Shown piece after piece: positions 49,975 through 60,410 of a DNA stretch of 64,000 bases. Below the pieces are notes generated by a model. It was not told where the DNA came from and did not search any database. It saw only the letters and a program-made list of their open reading frames with translations. Both the position numbers and the translations under genes were made by a program. Each line of letters opens with the position of its first letter. Within the stretch, counting starts at the first letter, position 1. The DNA comes from Chloroflexota bacterium (GTDB taxonomy: Bacteria > Chloroflexota > Dehalococcoidia > Lucifugimonadales > Lucifugimonadaceae). The stretch spans positions 1 through 64,000 of the forward strand of contig PBHC01000012.1 of the NCBI GenBank assembly GCA_002719295.1, in the 5' to 3' direction.

Positions 49975-50973
49975 ATGTCGAATTTTAAGATAATAGGAGA
50001 AAATATTCACACAACAAGATCAATAAAGTTAGGTGGAATTAGAACAAAAAAGATTGATTCAAAAGATATTATTACATACCGAAAAAAAGGTGATAATTAT
50101 TCTGTAATGGACATTCCTGAACACTTTGAAAAAACTCAACCGTACAAACAAGGGCAATTAAAGCATTTTATGATTGCTATTTGGCATGGTATGAATGGGA
50201 ACACATCTCAAGGTATCGATTATATAAAATGGGAAATTGAAAGGCAGATATCTAATTCTGCATCATACTTAGACATAAATGTTGATGAATATAGCTATAA
50301 ACTTGATGAACAAATAGTAGCTATGAAGTGGCTGGTAAACGTTATAAAAGAATTTTCTTCTGTACCAGTCTCTATTGATTCTTCTAATCCAGATATAATC
50401 ATCTCGGGACTAGAAGAATATAACAATCACATGAGACCTATGGTTAACTCTTTATCACTAGAGAGAAAAGACTTGATTGACACTATATTGGATTATAATG
50501 CTCAAGTAGTAGTAAGCGCTGCAAGTGAGAGCAGTATGCCAGAAGATGCAAATGAAAGAATTGAAAATCTTATAAATCTTGTTGATTTATCAGTAAATAA
50601 AGGACTAAAAATTGAAGATTTATTCATTGATCCTTTAATATTTCCTATTTCTGTAGCTTCTTCTTATGGAAAAGATGCACTAGGTGCAATATCAATGATC
50701 AAAGATAGGTGGCCTGAAGTAAACATAACTGGCGGAATGAGTAATGTATCTTTTGGTTTACCTAAAAGAAGACTAGTTAATGATGTATTTATCAGTTTGG
50801 CTATAGAATGTGGAGCTAACTCAGGAATAATAAATCCTGTAGAATCTAAAATAGATAGAATTTTAAATATTGATAAAAATAGTGAGGCGTTTTCAATTAC
50901 AAAAGATATGTTGGAGGGCAGGGATGAATTTTGTGTCAACTATCTTTCTGCATATAGAGAAAACAGAATCTAA
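49975..50973 (+). CDS. Stand-alone pterin-binding methyltransferase (methyl-THF:corrinoid; AcsE/MetH folate-domain-like)
   Basis: IIGENI, LDINVD, SIDSS, VNS, FIDPL, GGMSNVSFGLP.R. Confidence 0.82.
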   Translation: MSNFKIIGENIHTTRSIKLGGIRTKKIDSKDIITYRKKGDNYSVMDIPEHFEKTQPYKQGQLKHFMIAIWHGMNGNTSQGIDYIKWEIERQISNSASYLDINVDEYSYKLDEQIVAMKWLVNVIKEFSSVPVSIDSSNPDIIISGLEEYNNHMRPMVNSLSLERKDLIDTILDYNAQVVVSAASESSMPEDANERIENLINLVDLSVNKGLKIEDLFIDPLIFPISVASSYGKDALGAISMIKDRWPEVNITGGMSNVSFGLPKRRLVNDVFISLAIECGANSGIINPVESKIDRILNIDKNSEAFSITKDMLEGRDEFCVNYLSAYRENRI

Positions 50974-51885
50974 ATGTATATAATCCGTTTTTTTCTTTGG
51001 CTTTTTTCTCTAATAGCCGATATAACCAATGAATTTATTGACAAAAATGTTCCTCTTTTAAGTGCGGCTATATCTTTTTATGCTTTCTTCTCTATATTTC
51101 CTTTATTGCTAGCAATCATAATGGTTTTTTCAATTTTTCTAGGAATACCTGATTTTGAAAAAACTATTTTAGATTCTCTTAAAAACCTTATTCCAATATT
51201 TGACGAACAAGATGATGAATTTTTAATGGGATTTTTTGATAGTTTAACATCCAACAGATTAGCAACAAGTACAGTTGCTGCTATTGGGCTTATTTTTGCT
51301 TCAAGTGCAGTTTTTGGAAGCATAAGAAAAAGTATAAATTTTATTTGGGAAATAGATAAAAAAAGAAGTTTTTTTCAAGAAAGAGTAATTGATTTTACCC
51401 TCCTTTTTGTTGCATCTTCTTTATTGCTAATATCATTTATTCTAACTACAGGATTAAGTTTTCTTAGTGAATTAATTCAAATTAATTTTCCAGATTCACC
51501 TTATATTGATCCTAATATTTGGAATAGACTTGCTTTACTAGTTCCTCCTGTCCTTACATTTTCTGTTTTTGCTATTTGTTTTTGGTGGCTTCCAAATATT
51601 AAATTAAATTTCTTGAATATTTTACCTGTTGCTATTTTAGCTACACTTGCAGAAGAAATTAATAAAATGGTATTTATTCTTTATCTAAGAAATTATAGTG
51701 GAGTGTCAGGTTCAATTTATGGAGGTGTAAGTGCGATAATTGTGTTTATGGCATTTATATATATATCTTCTATAATTTTATTAATTGGTGCTCAAGTTTG
51801 CGCAAGATTTACTATATATTTAAATGTTAGAAAACAAAATCATCAAAATAAAATTTTAGAAATGAGTTTAGATCGATTAGATTAA
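50974..51885 (+). CDS. YihY/virulence factor BrkB family membrane protein
   Basis: SAAISFYAFFSIFPLL, IN.IW, IYG, ILLIGAQ. Confidence 0.88.
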   Translation: MYIIRFFLWLFSLIADITNEFIDKNVPLLSAAISFYAFFSIFPLLLAIIMVFSIFLGIPDFEKTILDSLKNLIPIFDEQDDEFLMGFFDSLTSNRLATSTVAAIGLIFASSAVFGSIRKSINFIWEIDKKRSFFQERVIDFTLLFVASSLLLISFILTTGLSFLSELIQINFPDSPYIDPNIWNRLALLVPPVLTFSVFAICFWWLPNIKLNFLNILPVAILATLAEEINKMVFILYLRNYSGVSGSIYGGVSAIIVFMAFIYISSIILLIGAQVCARFTIYLNVRKQNHQNKILEMSLDRLD

Positions 51886-54800
51886 ATTTTTTCTATGGTT
51901 ATATTTACTGATAATTCGTCTGATATTTTAATAAAGTTATCGTTTAGTTCACTAAATTCAATATTTTCAGCTAAAGAGTTGCTTGCAATATATTCTCCAA
52001 ACTTTGAAACGGTTTCTTGAACAATATTTTCTCCAAAAATCTTAATTTTTATCTTATCTGATATATCCAAGTTTTCATCTTTTCTTTTATTTTGTACAGC
52101 TCTTAGAATATCTCTTGCAATGCCTTCAACTTTTAATTCATTATCAATATCTATATTTAGTGATACCACAATTTTCCCATCATTTATCTCTCTGGTTTCT
52201 GTACCTGGATTTGATTCTTTTTCTAAAATATACTCATCTTCTTCAAGGATTAAGTCTAAAATACTAATTGTTTTATTATCATTCATTACCCAATTAAAAT
52301 TATTCGCAGCTTCCATATACTTCTTAGTATTCTTACCTAACTTTGGCCCCATTTTTCTTAGGTTTATTTTTATTTTATTTCTGTATAAAGAATCAGAATT
52401 TTCATCTAAAATCATCTTTTTTGCATTAACTTCTTCTAATATATAATTTTCAAAATTACTTAACCATGAAATATTGTCTCCTGCAATAGTAATTTCTTTT
52501 AGGGGTTGCCTTACTCTAATATTATTGGTTTTTCTTATTCCTAAGCCTGCTGAAGAAATATCTCTTACCAAATCCATTTGTTCTAAGAATTTTGCGTCAT
52601 TTGGAAAGCTATCAGTATTGGGCCAGTCACATAGATGTACACTTTCTGATGAAGTGAGCTTGGTATAAATTTCCTCAGAAATTAATGGCATTAAGGGAGA
52701 TAATACTTTTGTAGCATTTAATAAAACAGTATATAAAGTGTCATATGCATTTTTAGAATCAGTATCGTCAGCATGTTTCCAAAATCTTGGTCTACTTCTT
52801 CTTATATACCAATTATTTATAGCATCAATAAAATTTGGGACAGCTTGGCATGCAGATGAAATATCGTATTCTTCTAGATTTTTTTCGATATTTTCAATTA
52901 ATTCTCTTGTTTTTAATAGTGCGTAAATGTCTAATGGATTTTTTGAGCTATAATTCTCTTTTGCTGAAATATTTTCTGCATTTGCGTATAAACAGAAGAA
53001 ATAGAAAGCATTCCATAATGGAGTGATTATTAATCTTTGAGCATCTGAAATACCTTTTCCCTCCATGTCTATTTGTAAATTTTGACCTTTTAATACAGGA
53101 GAAGAGGATAAAAACCATCTTAAGGAGTCAGCTCCATATTTGTCCCAGATCATTTCAGGTTCAGGGTAATTTCTTAATTTTTTAGATAGTTTTACTCCAT
53201 TTGTATCTAAAACTATTCCATGACAAATACAATTCTTGAAGGGGGGCCTATCAAAAATTGCAGTGCTAAGCACCATCATGGTGTAAAACCAACCTCTTGT
53301 TTGACCTATGTACTCAACAATAAAATCAGCAGGAAAATGTGATTCAAACCAACTTTTATTTTCAAATGGATAGTGAACTTGTGCAAATGGCATAGAGCCT
53401 GATTCAAACCAACAGTCAAATACCTCTGTTACTCTTATCATTTTACTTTTTCCTGTAGGATCATCAGGATTTGGTCTTGTTAGCTTGTCTATGTGAGGCC
53501 GGTGTAAATTATTTGGCCTTGTGCCAAAATCTTTTTCTATTTCATCAAGGCTTCCATAAACATCCACTCTAGGATATTTTGGGTCATCAGACTTCCAAAC
53601 CGGAATTGGAGTTCCCCAAAATCTGTTTCTGCTTATTGACCAATCTCTTGCTCCTGCAAGCCATTTTCCAAAAGTACCATCCTTAATATGATCTGGAGTC
53701 CAAGAAATTTCTTGATTTAGCTCTACCATTCTGTCTTTGAATGAAGATACTTCTACATACCATGAGTTAACAGATTTATAAATAAGAGGTTCGTCTGTTC
53801 TCCAACAATGTGGATAATTATGAAGATAATTTTGTTTTTTTACTATAATGTTTCTCTGTTTTAAATCAGATATAATTTTTTCATTTGCATCAAAAACTAG
53901 TAAGTTTTCATATTCTTTGACTTCACTTGTAAATTTTCCTTGATCATCTACAGGACATACAATTGATATGTTATTTTTCTCACAAACAAGCTGATCATCT
54001 TCTCCAAATCCAGGAGCCATATGAACAATTCCTGTACCTTCTTCAGTATTTACAAAATCTGCTTCAAGGACCTTAAATGCATTTTTTGTATCTTTAAAAT
54101 AATCAAAAATAGGTATATATTGAGTTCCTAATATTTCGTTTCCTTTAATTGTTTTTATAGTTTTATAGCCTTCCAAAACATCTTGAAAATTTTCTAAAAC
54201 AGATGATGCAATTATAAGATTTTCATTATTCAATGTTATTAGCGAGTAATCAATATCTTTTCCAACTGCACAAGCTAAATTAGAAGGAAGTGTCCAAGGA
54301 GTTGTTGTCCAAGCTAGCAAATATGACTTATAACTGTTCTCAAAATCTATATTGCTATCATTGATTTCAAATTTTATAGTTACGGCAGGATCTTTTCTTT
54401 CTCTATATGAATCGTCTAATCTTGTTTCAAAGTTTGAAAGAGGAGTTTCAGCTTTCCAAGAATAAGGCATTACTCTATCTTTTTCGTATACTAATCCTTT
54501 GTCCCAAAGTTGCTTAAAAGCCCACATAACTGATTCCATGTAATCAAGATCCATAGTTTTGTAATCATTTTCAAAATCTACCCATCTTGCTTGCCTTCCA
54601 ACTGTGACTTCCCATTCTTTTGTATATTTCATAACAGATTCTTGACAATGATTATTAAAATTCTCAACCCCAAATTCTTGAATCTGTTTTCTGCCAGTTA
54701 TTCCAAGTTCTTTTTCTGATTCCATTTCTGCAGGTAATCCATGACAATCCCATCCAAAAACCCTATCAACTTTAGATCCTTTCATGGTTTGAAATCTTGG

Positions 54801-55025
54801 AATAATATCTTTTACAAATCCCGTAAGTATATGTCCATAATGCGGAAGTCCATTAGCAAATGGAGGACCATCATAAAATACGAATTCATTCGCACCTTCT
54901 CTATTTGATATAGATTTGTCAAATGTTTTTTCTGCATCCCATTTTTTTAATATAGATTCCTCGACTTTTGAAAAATTTACTGAAGGTTCTATTTCAGGAT
55001 AGTATTTTTTATTATTTTCTTTCAT
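51882..55025 (-). CDS. ileS: Isoleucyl-tRNA synthetase, type 2
   Basis: DGPPFANGLPHYGH, GWDCHGLP, WTTTPWTLPSN, WFESGSMP, QTRGWFY, KLSKK. Confidence 0.96.
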   Translation of the reverse strand: MKENNKKYYPEIEPSVNFSKVEESILKKWDAEKTFDKSISNREGANEFVFYDGPPFANGLPHYGHILTGFVKDIIPRFQTMKGSKVDRVFGWDCHGLPAEMESEKELGITGRKQIQEFGVENFNNHCQESVMKYTKEWEVTVGRQARWVDFENDYKTMDLDYMESVMWAFKQLWDKGLVYEKDRVMPYSWKAETPLSNFETRLDDSYRERKDPAVTIKFEINDSNIDFENSYKSYLLAWTTTPWTLPSNLACAVGKDIDYSLITLNNENLIIASSVLENFQDVLEGYKTIKTIKGNEILGTQYIPIFDYFKDTKNAFKVLEADFVNTEEGTGIVHMAPGFGEDDQLVCEKNNISIVCPVDDQGKFTSEVKEYENLLVFDANEKIISDLKQRNIIVKKQNYLHNYPHCWRTDEPLIYKSVNSWYVEVSSFKDRMVELNQEISWTPDHIKDGTFGKWLAGARDWSISRNRFWGTPIPVWKSDDPKYPRVDVYGSLDEIEKDFGTRPNNLHRPHIDKLTRPNPDDPTGKSKMIRVTEVFDCWFESGSMPFAQVHYPFENKSWFESHFPADFIVEYIGQTRGWFYTMMVLSTAIFDRPPFKNCICHGIVLDTNGVKLSKKLRNYPEPEMIWDKYGADSLRWFLSSSPVLKGQNLQIDMEGKGISDAQRLIITPLWNAFYFFCLYANAENISAKENYSSKNPLDIYALLKTRELIENIEKNLEEYDISSACQAVPNFIDAINNWYIRRSRPRFWKHADDTDSKNAYDTLYTVLLNATKVLSPLMPLISEEIYTKLTSSESVHLCDWPNTDSFPNDAKFLEQMDLVRDISSAGLGIRKTNNIRVRQPLKEITIAGDNISWLSNFENYILEEVNAKKMILDENSDSLYRNKIKINLRKMGPKLGKNTKKYMEAANNFNWVMNDNKTISILDLILEEDEYILEKESNPGTETREINDGKIVVSLNIDIDNELKVEGIARDILRAVQNKRKDENLDISDKIKIKIFGENIVQETVSKFGEYIASNSLAENIEFSELNDNFIKISDELSVNITIEKI

Positions 55026-55061
55026 GTTTAATGATTTTACATTTGAACTTGTTTTTTTTGA

Positions 55062-55886
55062 CTATAAATTATAAGCAGATATTGAGTTATGTGAAAAAAT
55101 ATGACTTTTTTCTTCATTATCTAGGTAATCAGTTTCTGATAAACAACGCTTAATGTTTATTAGAGGATAATCAGAAGCAAATAATATTTTTTCAATTGAT
55201 GAAGAGTTTATAGCATTTCTATAAATATTTTTGTTATACAAATAAGGCTGAGCAGAGCTGTCATAATAAACATTTCTCAAAGCTTTTTTCACCTCAGGCA
55301 TTTGTTCATAAAAAACCAATCCGCCTCCAAAATGAGAAAATATAAATTTATTTGAAGGATTATTTTTTACCAGCTCATATAGCTTTTTAGGATGATTATT
55401 GCCTTTTCCGTTATATAGATGTCCAACAGGCTCTGATCCATGTATCAGAATTGGTAAATTATTTTCAGAGGCTATATTTAAGATATTTTTAAATATAGTA
55501 TTTTTTTCTAATTTGTTATCATAATCGATATGCAATTCACCAATTCCTTTTACTCCTTTAGATATGCATTTTAATAATTCTTGTTCAGAAAACTTTGAAT
55601 TTATATCCAATGAACAAAGAGGAATAATTTTCTCTTGATATTTATTACTTGCATCATATATATATTCATTTACTAAGGAAGCTAACCCGTAATCATTCCA
55701 TCCAAATCCAGCAACTACAGATTTATCTATATTGTTACTTTTCATATTTTTTATAAGATCTTCTGTCTCAATAATCTTTGTTTTTTCATCAAACAAAGAA
55801 TCAAATAATTGATCAATTTTTTTATATTTTTCTATATTTGATGAAACTTCTGTCGGTAGTATGTGTGTAAGTGAATCTATAATCAT
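55062..55886 (-). CDS. Amidohydrolase_2-family TIM-barrel protein
   Basis: IIDSLTH, GIGEL, LIHGSEP, SHFGGG, YYDSSA, LFASDYP. Confidence 0.82.
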   Translation of the reverse strand: MIIDSLTHILPTEVSSNIEKYKKIDQLFDSLFDEKTKIIETEDLIKNMKSNNIDKSVVAGFGWNDYGLASLVNEYIYDASNKYQEKIIPLCSLDINSKFSEQELLKCISKGVKGIGELHIDYDNKLEKNTIFKNILNIASENNLPILIHGSEPVGHLYNGKGNNHPKKLYELVKNNPSNKFIFSHFGGGLVFYEQMPEVKKALRNVYYDSSAQPYLYNKNIYRNAINSSSIEKILFASDYPLINIKRCLSETDYLDNEEKSHIFSHNSISAYNL

Positions 55887-55911
55887 TTTTTTATTCTATA
55901 ATTTAATTATT

Positions 55912-57027
55912 ATGATAAATAGCTTTGATAAAAGTAAATTTGGTAAAGTTTATGTTCTTAAGACATCTCCTGAATATGTTATTGGTGACTATGCACGATT
56001 ACTTGAATTATCATCGATAAATGAAAATTTTAATTTAGATATAAATACTTTATTAAAGGCTAATATTTCTTGGCAGCACTATTTTCCTGCTTGTTCTACT
56101 GCACCATGGCAGTTGGACGGGGTCATACGAGGACTTAAAAGTTTAAAATTTAAAAATATAGAAATTGCCCATAATGGAACGGTTGTTGTAAATGCTCATG
56201 AAGGTAAAAAAAATAACGGATATCTATCAATCGAAAAAAATTTATCTATAAAAAGCACTGTATTAGATGATCCAGGTCAAGATTGGATTCATTATAAACC
56301 TAAGCAAAAAATGATTGTTTTAGATAAGATTTATCCAGATGGAATAAATATTCCCAAAAAGTTAATTGGGACTAATATAATCCATCTTCCTACTGTTAAG
56401 ACACATGTTTTTACAACTATTACAGGAGCAATGAAAAATGCATTTGGAGGACTTCTTCATCAAAATAGACACTGGGCTCATGCTGATATTCATAATACGC
56501 TTGTAGATTTACTAAAAATTCAATATGAGATACATGATAACGTTTTTGCAGTTATGGACGGAACCTTTGCAGGAAATGGTCCTGGCCCTCGAGCTATGTC
56601 ATTTAAGGTCAAAAATTATATTTTGGCATCCTATGATCAGGTTGCCATAGATTCTATTTCTGCAAAACTAATGGGATTCGACCCATTGAGTATTCCAAAA
56701 TTAAGAGCAGCTCATGAACATGGATTAGGAATAGCAAAAACGTCAGAAATAGAAATAATTGGAGATTCAATATCTAATCAAAATTGGAATTTTTCTAAGA
56801 ATAAAAATACTTTTGCTAGTAGAGTTCAAAAAATGATATATTGGGGTCCATTTAAACCTTTGGAAAAATTATTATTAAGAACTCCTCTTGTACATTTGGC
56901 ATATTTTGCTTCAAACATTTACCATAATTCTTTTTGGTTAAGATTTATAGGAAAAAATAGAATAAGGAATGCATTTAAATCTGATTGGGGAACATTGTTG
57001 GATAGATATAAAATTATAAAACCTTAA
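55912..57027 (+). CDS. DUF362-domain protein; probable start ATG 55912
   Basis: LLKANI, LPTVKTH...TGAMKNAFG..LH..RH..H, MDG...GNGP, D.VAID. Confidence 0.8.
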   Translation: MINSFDKSKFGKVYVLKTSPEYVIGDYARLLELSSINENFNLDINTLLKANISWQHYFPACSTAPWQLDGVIRGLKSLKFKNIEIAHNGTVVVNAHEGKKNNGYLSIEKNLSIKSTVLDDPGQDWIHYKPKQKMIVLDKIYPDGINIPKKLIGTNIIHLPTVKTHVFTTITGAMKNAFGGLLHQNRHWAHADIHNTLVDLLKIQYEIHDNVFAVMDGTFAGNGPGPRAMSFKVKNYILASYDQVAIDSISAKLMGFDPLSIPKLRAAHEHGLGIAKTSEIEIIGDSISNQNWNFSKNKNTFASRVQKMIYWGPFKPLEKLLLRTPLVHLAYFASNIYHNSFWLRFIGKNRIRNAFKSDWGTLLDRYKIIKP

Positions 57028-57971
57028 TCTTTATTTTCTAAACAAAAATTATATGCGCTCAATGCTGATATTGCACCTTGCGAAGCTGCTGTAATAGTTT
57101 GTTTCAAATTTGAGCCATTAGTTAAGTCTCCTGCTGCATAGATACCAGGAATATTAGTTTTTTGATCTTTATCAACTATAACTTCATTTGTTTCTTTATC
57201 TAAATTTATACCCAAAGCAGTAGGGATTTCTACTCTTGGGTCTGCTCCGGCTTCTATCATTAAACCATCAACGATAAATTCAGACTCATTTTTGTATTTT
57301 TGTTCTAATTTGATCTTTTGCAATCCAGCTAAATCACTACCAATTAATTCAGTGATGTTATTATTCAGAATTACTTCAACATTTTTTGTTTTGGCTAATG
57401 TTTCAAGTAAGATAGGTTCTGGTCTCCATAGTTTTTCTCCTCTATAAACTAAAAAAACTTTTTTTGAGTATTTAGCAATTAATATAGCTCCTTCAACTGC
57501 TGCATTTCCTCCTCCTACAACTACGGCAAGATCTTTATTTTTGTATAGTGGAGCATCGCAAGTAGAACAATATGAAACACCTTTTCCTGTCCACTCATCC
57601 TCATTTTTCAATCCAAGCTTTCTTCTTTCTCTACCAATCGCTAATATTACAGTTTTTGTATCTAATATTTCTCCATTGTTCAACTCGCATAAAAAACGAT
57701 TTTCATTCTTAGTAATTGATTTCAGGTTATCTTCTATAATTGGAACCTCTAGGTCTGTTACTTGTTTCTTAAACTCAAGCATAAGATCAAAACCATCTAT
57801 CTCGTTATTTCCAGGATAATTTTCAATAATTCCCCCTATGGCAGTTTCACCACCAAAATCTTGACCTGCAATAGCTGTTTTCATTTGATACCTTGCGGTA
57901 TAAAGACCTGCAGCAAATCCAGCTGCTCCTTGTCCTGCAATTAAGACATCTAAATTTTTTGATTGAGTCAT
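57024..57971 (-). CDS. trxB: Thioredoxin reductase
   Basis: GQGAAG, IENYPG, GVSYCSTCDAP, VVGGGNAA, TNIPGIYAAGD. Confidence 0.9.
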   Translation of the reverse strand: MTQSKNLDVLIAGQGAAGFAAGLYTARYQMKTAIAGQDFGGETAIGGIIENYPGNNEIDGFDLMLEFKKQVTDLEVPIIEDNLKSITKNENRFLCELNNGEILDTKTVILAIGRERRKLGLKNEDEWTGKGVSYCSTCDAPLYKNKDLAVVVGGGNAAVEGAILIAKYSKKVFLVYRGEKLWRPEPILLETLAKTKNVEVILNNNITELIGSDLAGLQKIKLEQKYKNESEFIVDGLMIEAGADPRVEIPTALGINLDKETNEVIVDKDQKTNIPGIYAAGDLTNGSNLKQTITAASQGAISALSAYNFCLENKD

Positions 57972-58390
57972 TAAATAATTCTTTGATAATTTATGTATAT
58001 GAAATAATAATAATAATTTTTATTTTTTGAAACAATTCTTTTTTATACTTTATTCGTTGGCATTTAAAAAATGAGGCTTTTGTTAAATTTGATGATTCCA
58101 AGAGTATATAATTACTTCTATATAGCTAATTCGTATTTATGTTAAATAAAATAAGTTGGTTTATAGGATTAATCTTTTTAATTATGACTATTAGCATCCC
58201 TATATTAAATATTTTTAAATAAATTCAAAAATTCTGAAGAATTATTTTTTGTTTTTGCTAAATTGGAAATCTCTCGAAAAAAATAAAACCATATCATTCC
58301 GCTTTTATATATAGAGTCATCTTAGGAAATATTATTATATTATTGTCTTTATAGCTAATATTTAATTTTATTAGTCGCTAGGAGTTTGTA

Positions 58391-59605
58391 ATGGGAAATG
58401 AAATTAATAATATAAAAGATGGAAATATTTGTTCTCCGAAAGGTTTTTTGTCTGGGTCTATATTTGCAGGAATTAAGTCCCCTGGCCAAGACAAACGAGA
58501 CATAGGAATCATTTTTTCTGAAACTGATTGTGTAAGCGCAGGAACATTTACTCAAAATTCTGTAGTATCACCCTCAGTAACTTGGACAAAAAAAGTACTA
58601 CAAGATAATAATTTAAGAGCTGTTGTAGTTAATTCTGGATGTGCTAATTGTGCAGTAGGTGAACAAGGATTTTTAGATGCTAAAGAAACAGCTGAAATAG
58701 CGTCAAAATCTTTATCAATTGATGTTGATTCAATTGCTGTAGCATCAACTGGTATTATCGGAGTGGAGCTTCCCATGGCTTTAATGAGGAAGTTTATACC
58801 TCAAATAGAGCTCTCTGATAGTGATGGGCCTGGTTTTGCAAGATCGATTCTTACAACAGATAAAAGAACTAAAGAAATAGCTGTTTCTTTTGATCTAGAA
58901 GGCTCTAAGGTTACAGTAGCGGGTGTTGCCAAAGGATCTGGAATGATCCATCCAAATATGGCAACTATGCTAGCATTCATTACTTCTGATATTTCTATTG
59001 ATGAAAAGATATTAAAAGATGCACTAAGTCATTCTGTAAATAATTCATTTAATCAAATAAGTGTAGATGGTGACCAATCTACAAATGATACTGTTCTTAT
59101 AATGACAAATGGAAAAGCAAATAATAAAAAAATAACAAATATTGATGTTGCTGAAAAATTTATAAAAGCATTAGATGAAGTTTGTATTTTTTTAGCAAAA
59201 GAAATAGCAAAAGATGGTGAAGGGAATACCCGTCTTATCGAAGCTACCGTACAGGGAGCTAAAACTGAAGATGATGCAAGAAAAGCTACTAAATATATAG
59301 TTTCTTCTAATTTAGTAAAAACAGCTGTTTATGGAAGAGATCCAAATTGGGGCAGAATTATGATGGCAGTAGGAGCTTCCCAAATTGAATTAGATGAGTC
59401 TAAAATAGAAATTTTTGTAAATGATATCCAAATTGTAGCAGAAGGTATAGCTACGCCTTATAATCATCAAAGTGTGGTTATTGCTATGAATCAACCTACA
59501 ATACGTTTAACTGTAAATTTAAATATTGGGAAATCAATCGCAAAAGCATGGGGTAGCGAATTAACTGAAGAATATGTTGTCTTCAACTCAGCATATACAA
59601 CTTAA
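58391..59605 (+). CDS. argJ: Ornithine acetyltransferase
   Basis: [43 protein letters not shown]. Confidence 0.96.
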   Translation: MGNEINNIKDGNICSPKGFLSGSIFAGIKSPGQDKRDIGIIFSETDCVSAGTFTQNSVVSPSVTWTKKVLQDNNLRAVVVNSGCANCAVGEQGFLDAKETAEIASKSLSIDVDSIAVASTGIIGVELPMALMRKFIPQIELSDSDGPGFARSILTTDKRTKEIAVSFDLEGSKVTVAGVAKGSGMIHPNMATMLAFITSDISIDEKILKDALSHSVNNSFNQISVDGDQSTNDTVLIMTNGKANNKKITNIDVAEKFIKALDEVCIFLAKEIAKDGEGNTRLIEATVQGAKTEDDARKATKYIVSSNLVKTAVYGRDPNWGRIMMAVGASQIELDESKIEIFVNDIQIVAEGIATPYNHQSVVIAMNQPTIRLTVNLNIGKSIAKAWGSELTEEYVVFNSAYTT

Positions 59606-59614
59606 TTTTTTGTA

Positions 59615-60388
59615 ATGACTAAATCATCAGATATAACAGTAATAAAAATTGGTGGATCAACTTTGGGTGAAACTGATAGTACCTTCAAAGATATTATTAC
59701 TTTGCATAAAAAAGGATGGAAGTTCATAATTGTCCATGGCGGAGGTAAAGAAATTTCTAACTGGATTAATAAACAAGGTATAGAACCTAATTTTGTTGAA
59801 GGATTACGTGTTACTGATCAAAAAACATTAGAAGTCGCAATTGCGGTTTTAGCAGGAAAAGTAAATTCTGAAATTGTTACTGAATTTCAAAATATGAATG
59901 TTAATGCTATTGGATTATCAGGATCATCAGGAATTTTAGAAGCCAAGCAATTAGATAAAAAACTAGGATTTGTTGGAGAAATAATCAATTGTAAAACAGA
60001 GGTATTAACAAATCTTTTAGATAATGGATTTTTGCCTGTAGTTTCTCCCCTTGCAATTTCAATAGATATCAAAAATCAGATTTATAACACTAATGCAGAT
60101 ACTGCTGCTGGGATAATAGCAAAAAAAATCAAAGCAGAAAATATAATTTTTCAAACTGATGTCCCTGGAATCCTAGATGCTAACAAAAGAGTAATACCAC
60201 AAATGACAAAGGGTCAAGCAAATGAATTAATAGATACAGGAATTGCTCAAGGCGGTATGATTCCAAAGATAAGAGCATGCATAAATGCATTAGAATATGT
60301 AAAAACAGGAAGAATTATTGATGGAAGAGAATCTGGAGCCTTGTTATCCGCATTCACTAATGAGAATATTGGTACTAGAATAATATAA
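59615..60388 (+). CDS. argB: Acetylglutamate kinase
   Basis: VIKIGG, VHGGG, GLRVTD, NTNAD, GGMIPK. Confidence 0.95.
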   Translation: MTKSSDITVIKIGGSTLGETDSTFKDIITLHKKGWKFIIVHGGGKEISNWINKQGIEPNFVEGLRVTDQKTLEVAIAVLAGKVNSEIVTEFQNMNVNAIGLSGSSGILEAKQLDKKLGFVGEIINCKTEVLTNLLDNGFLPVVSPLAISIDIKNQIYNTNADTAAGIIAKKIKAENIIFQTDVPGILDANKRVIPQMTKGQANELIDTGIAQGGMIPKIRACINALEYVKTGRIIDGRESGALLSAFTNENIGTRII

Positions 60389-60410
60389 AGAACATTTTTT
60401 GGAGAGAAAT

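Noticed and set aside
57972..58390. ARG boxes or a riboswitch upstream of argJ
   Set aside because: No convincing TGAAT-N4-ATTCA palindrome or aptamer motif could be read from this AT-rich stretch
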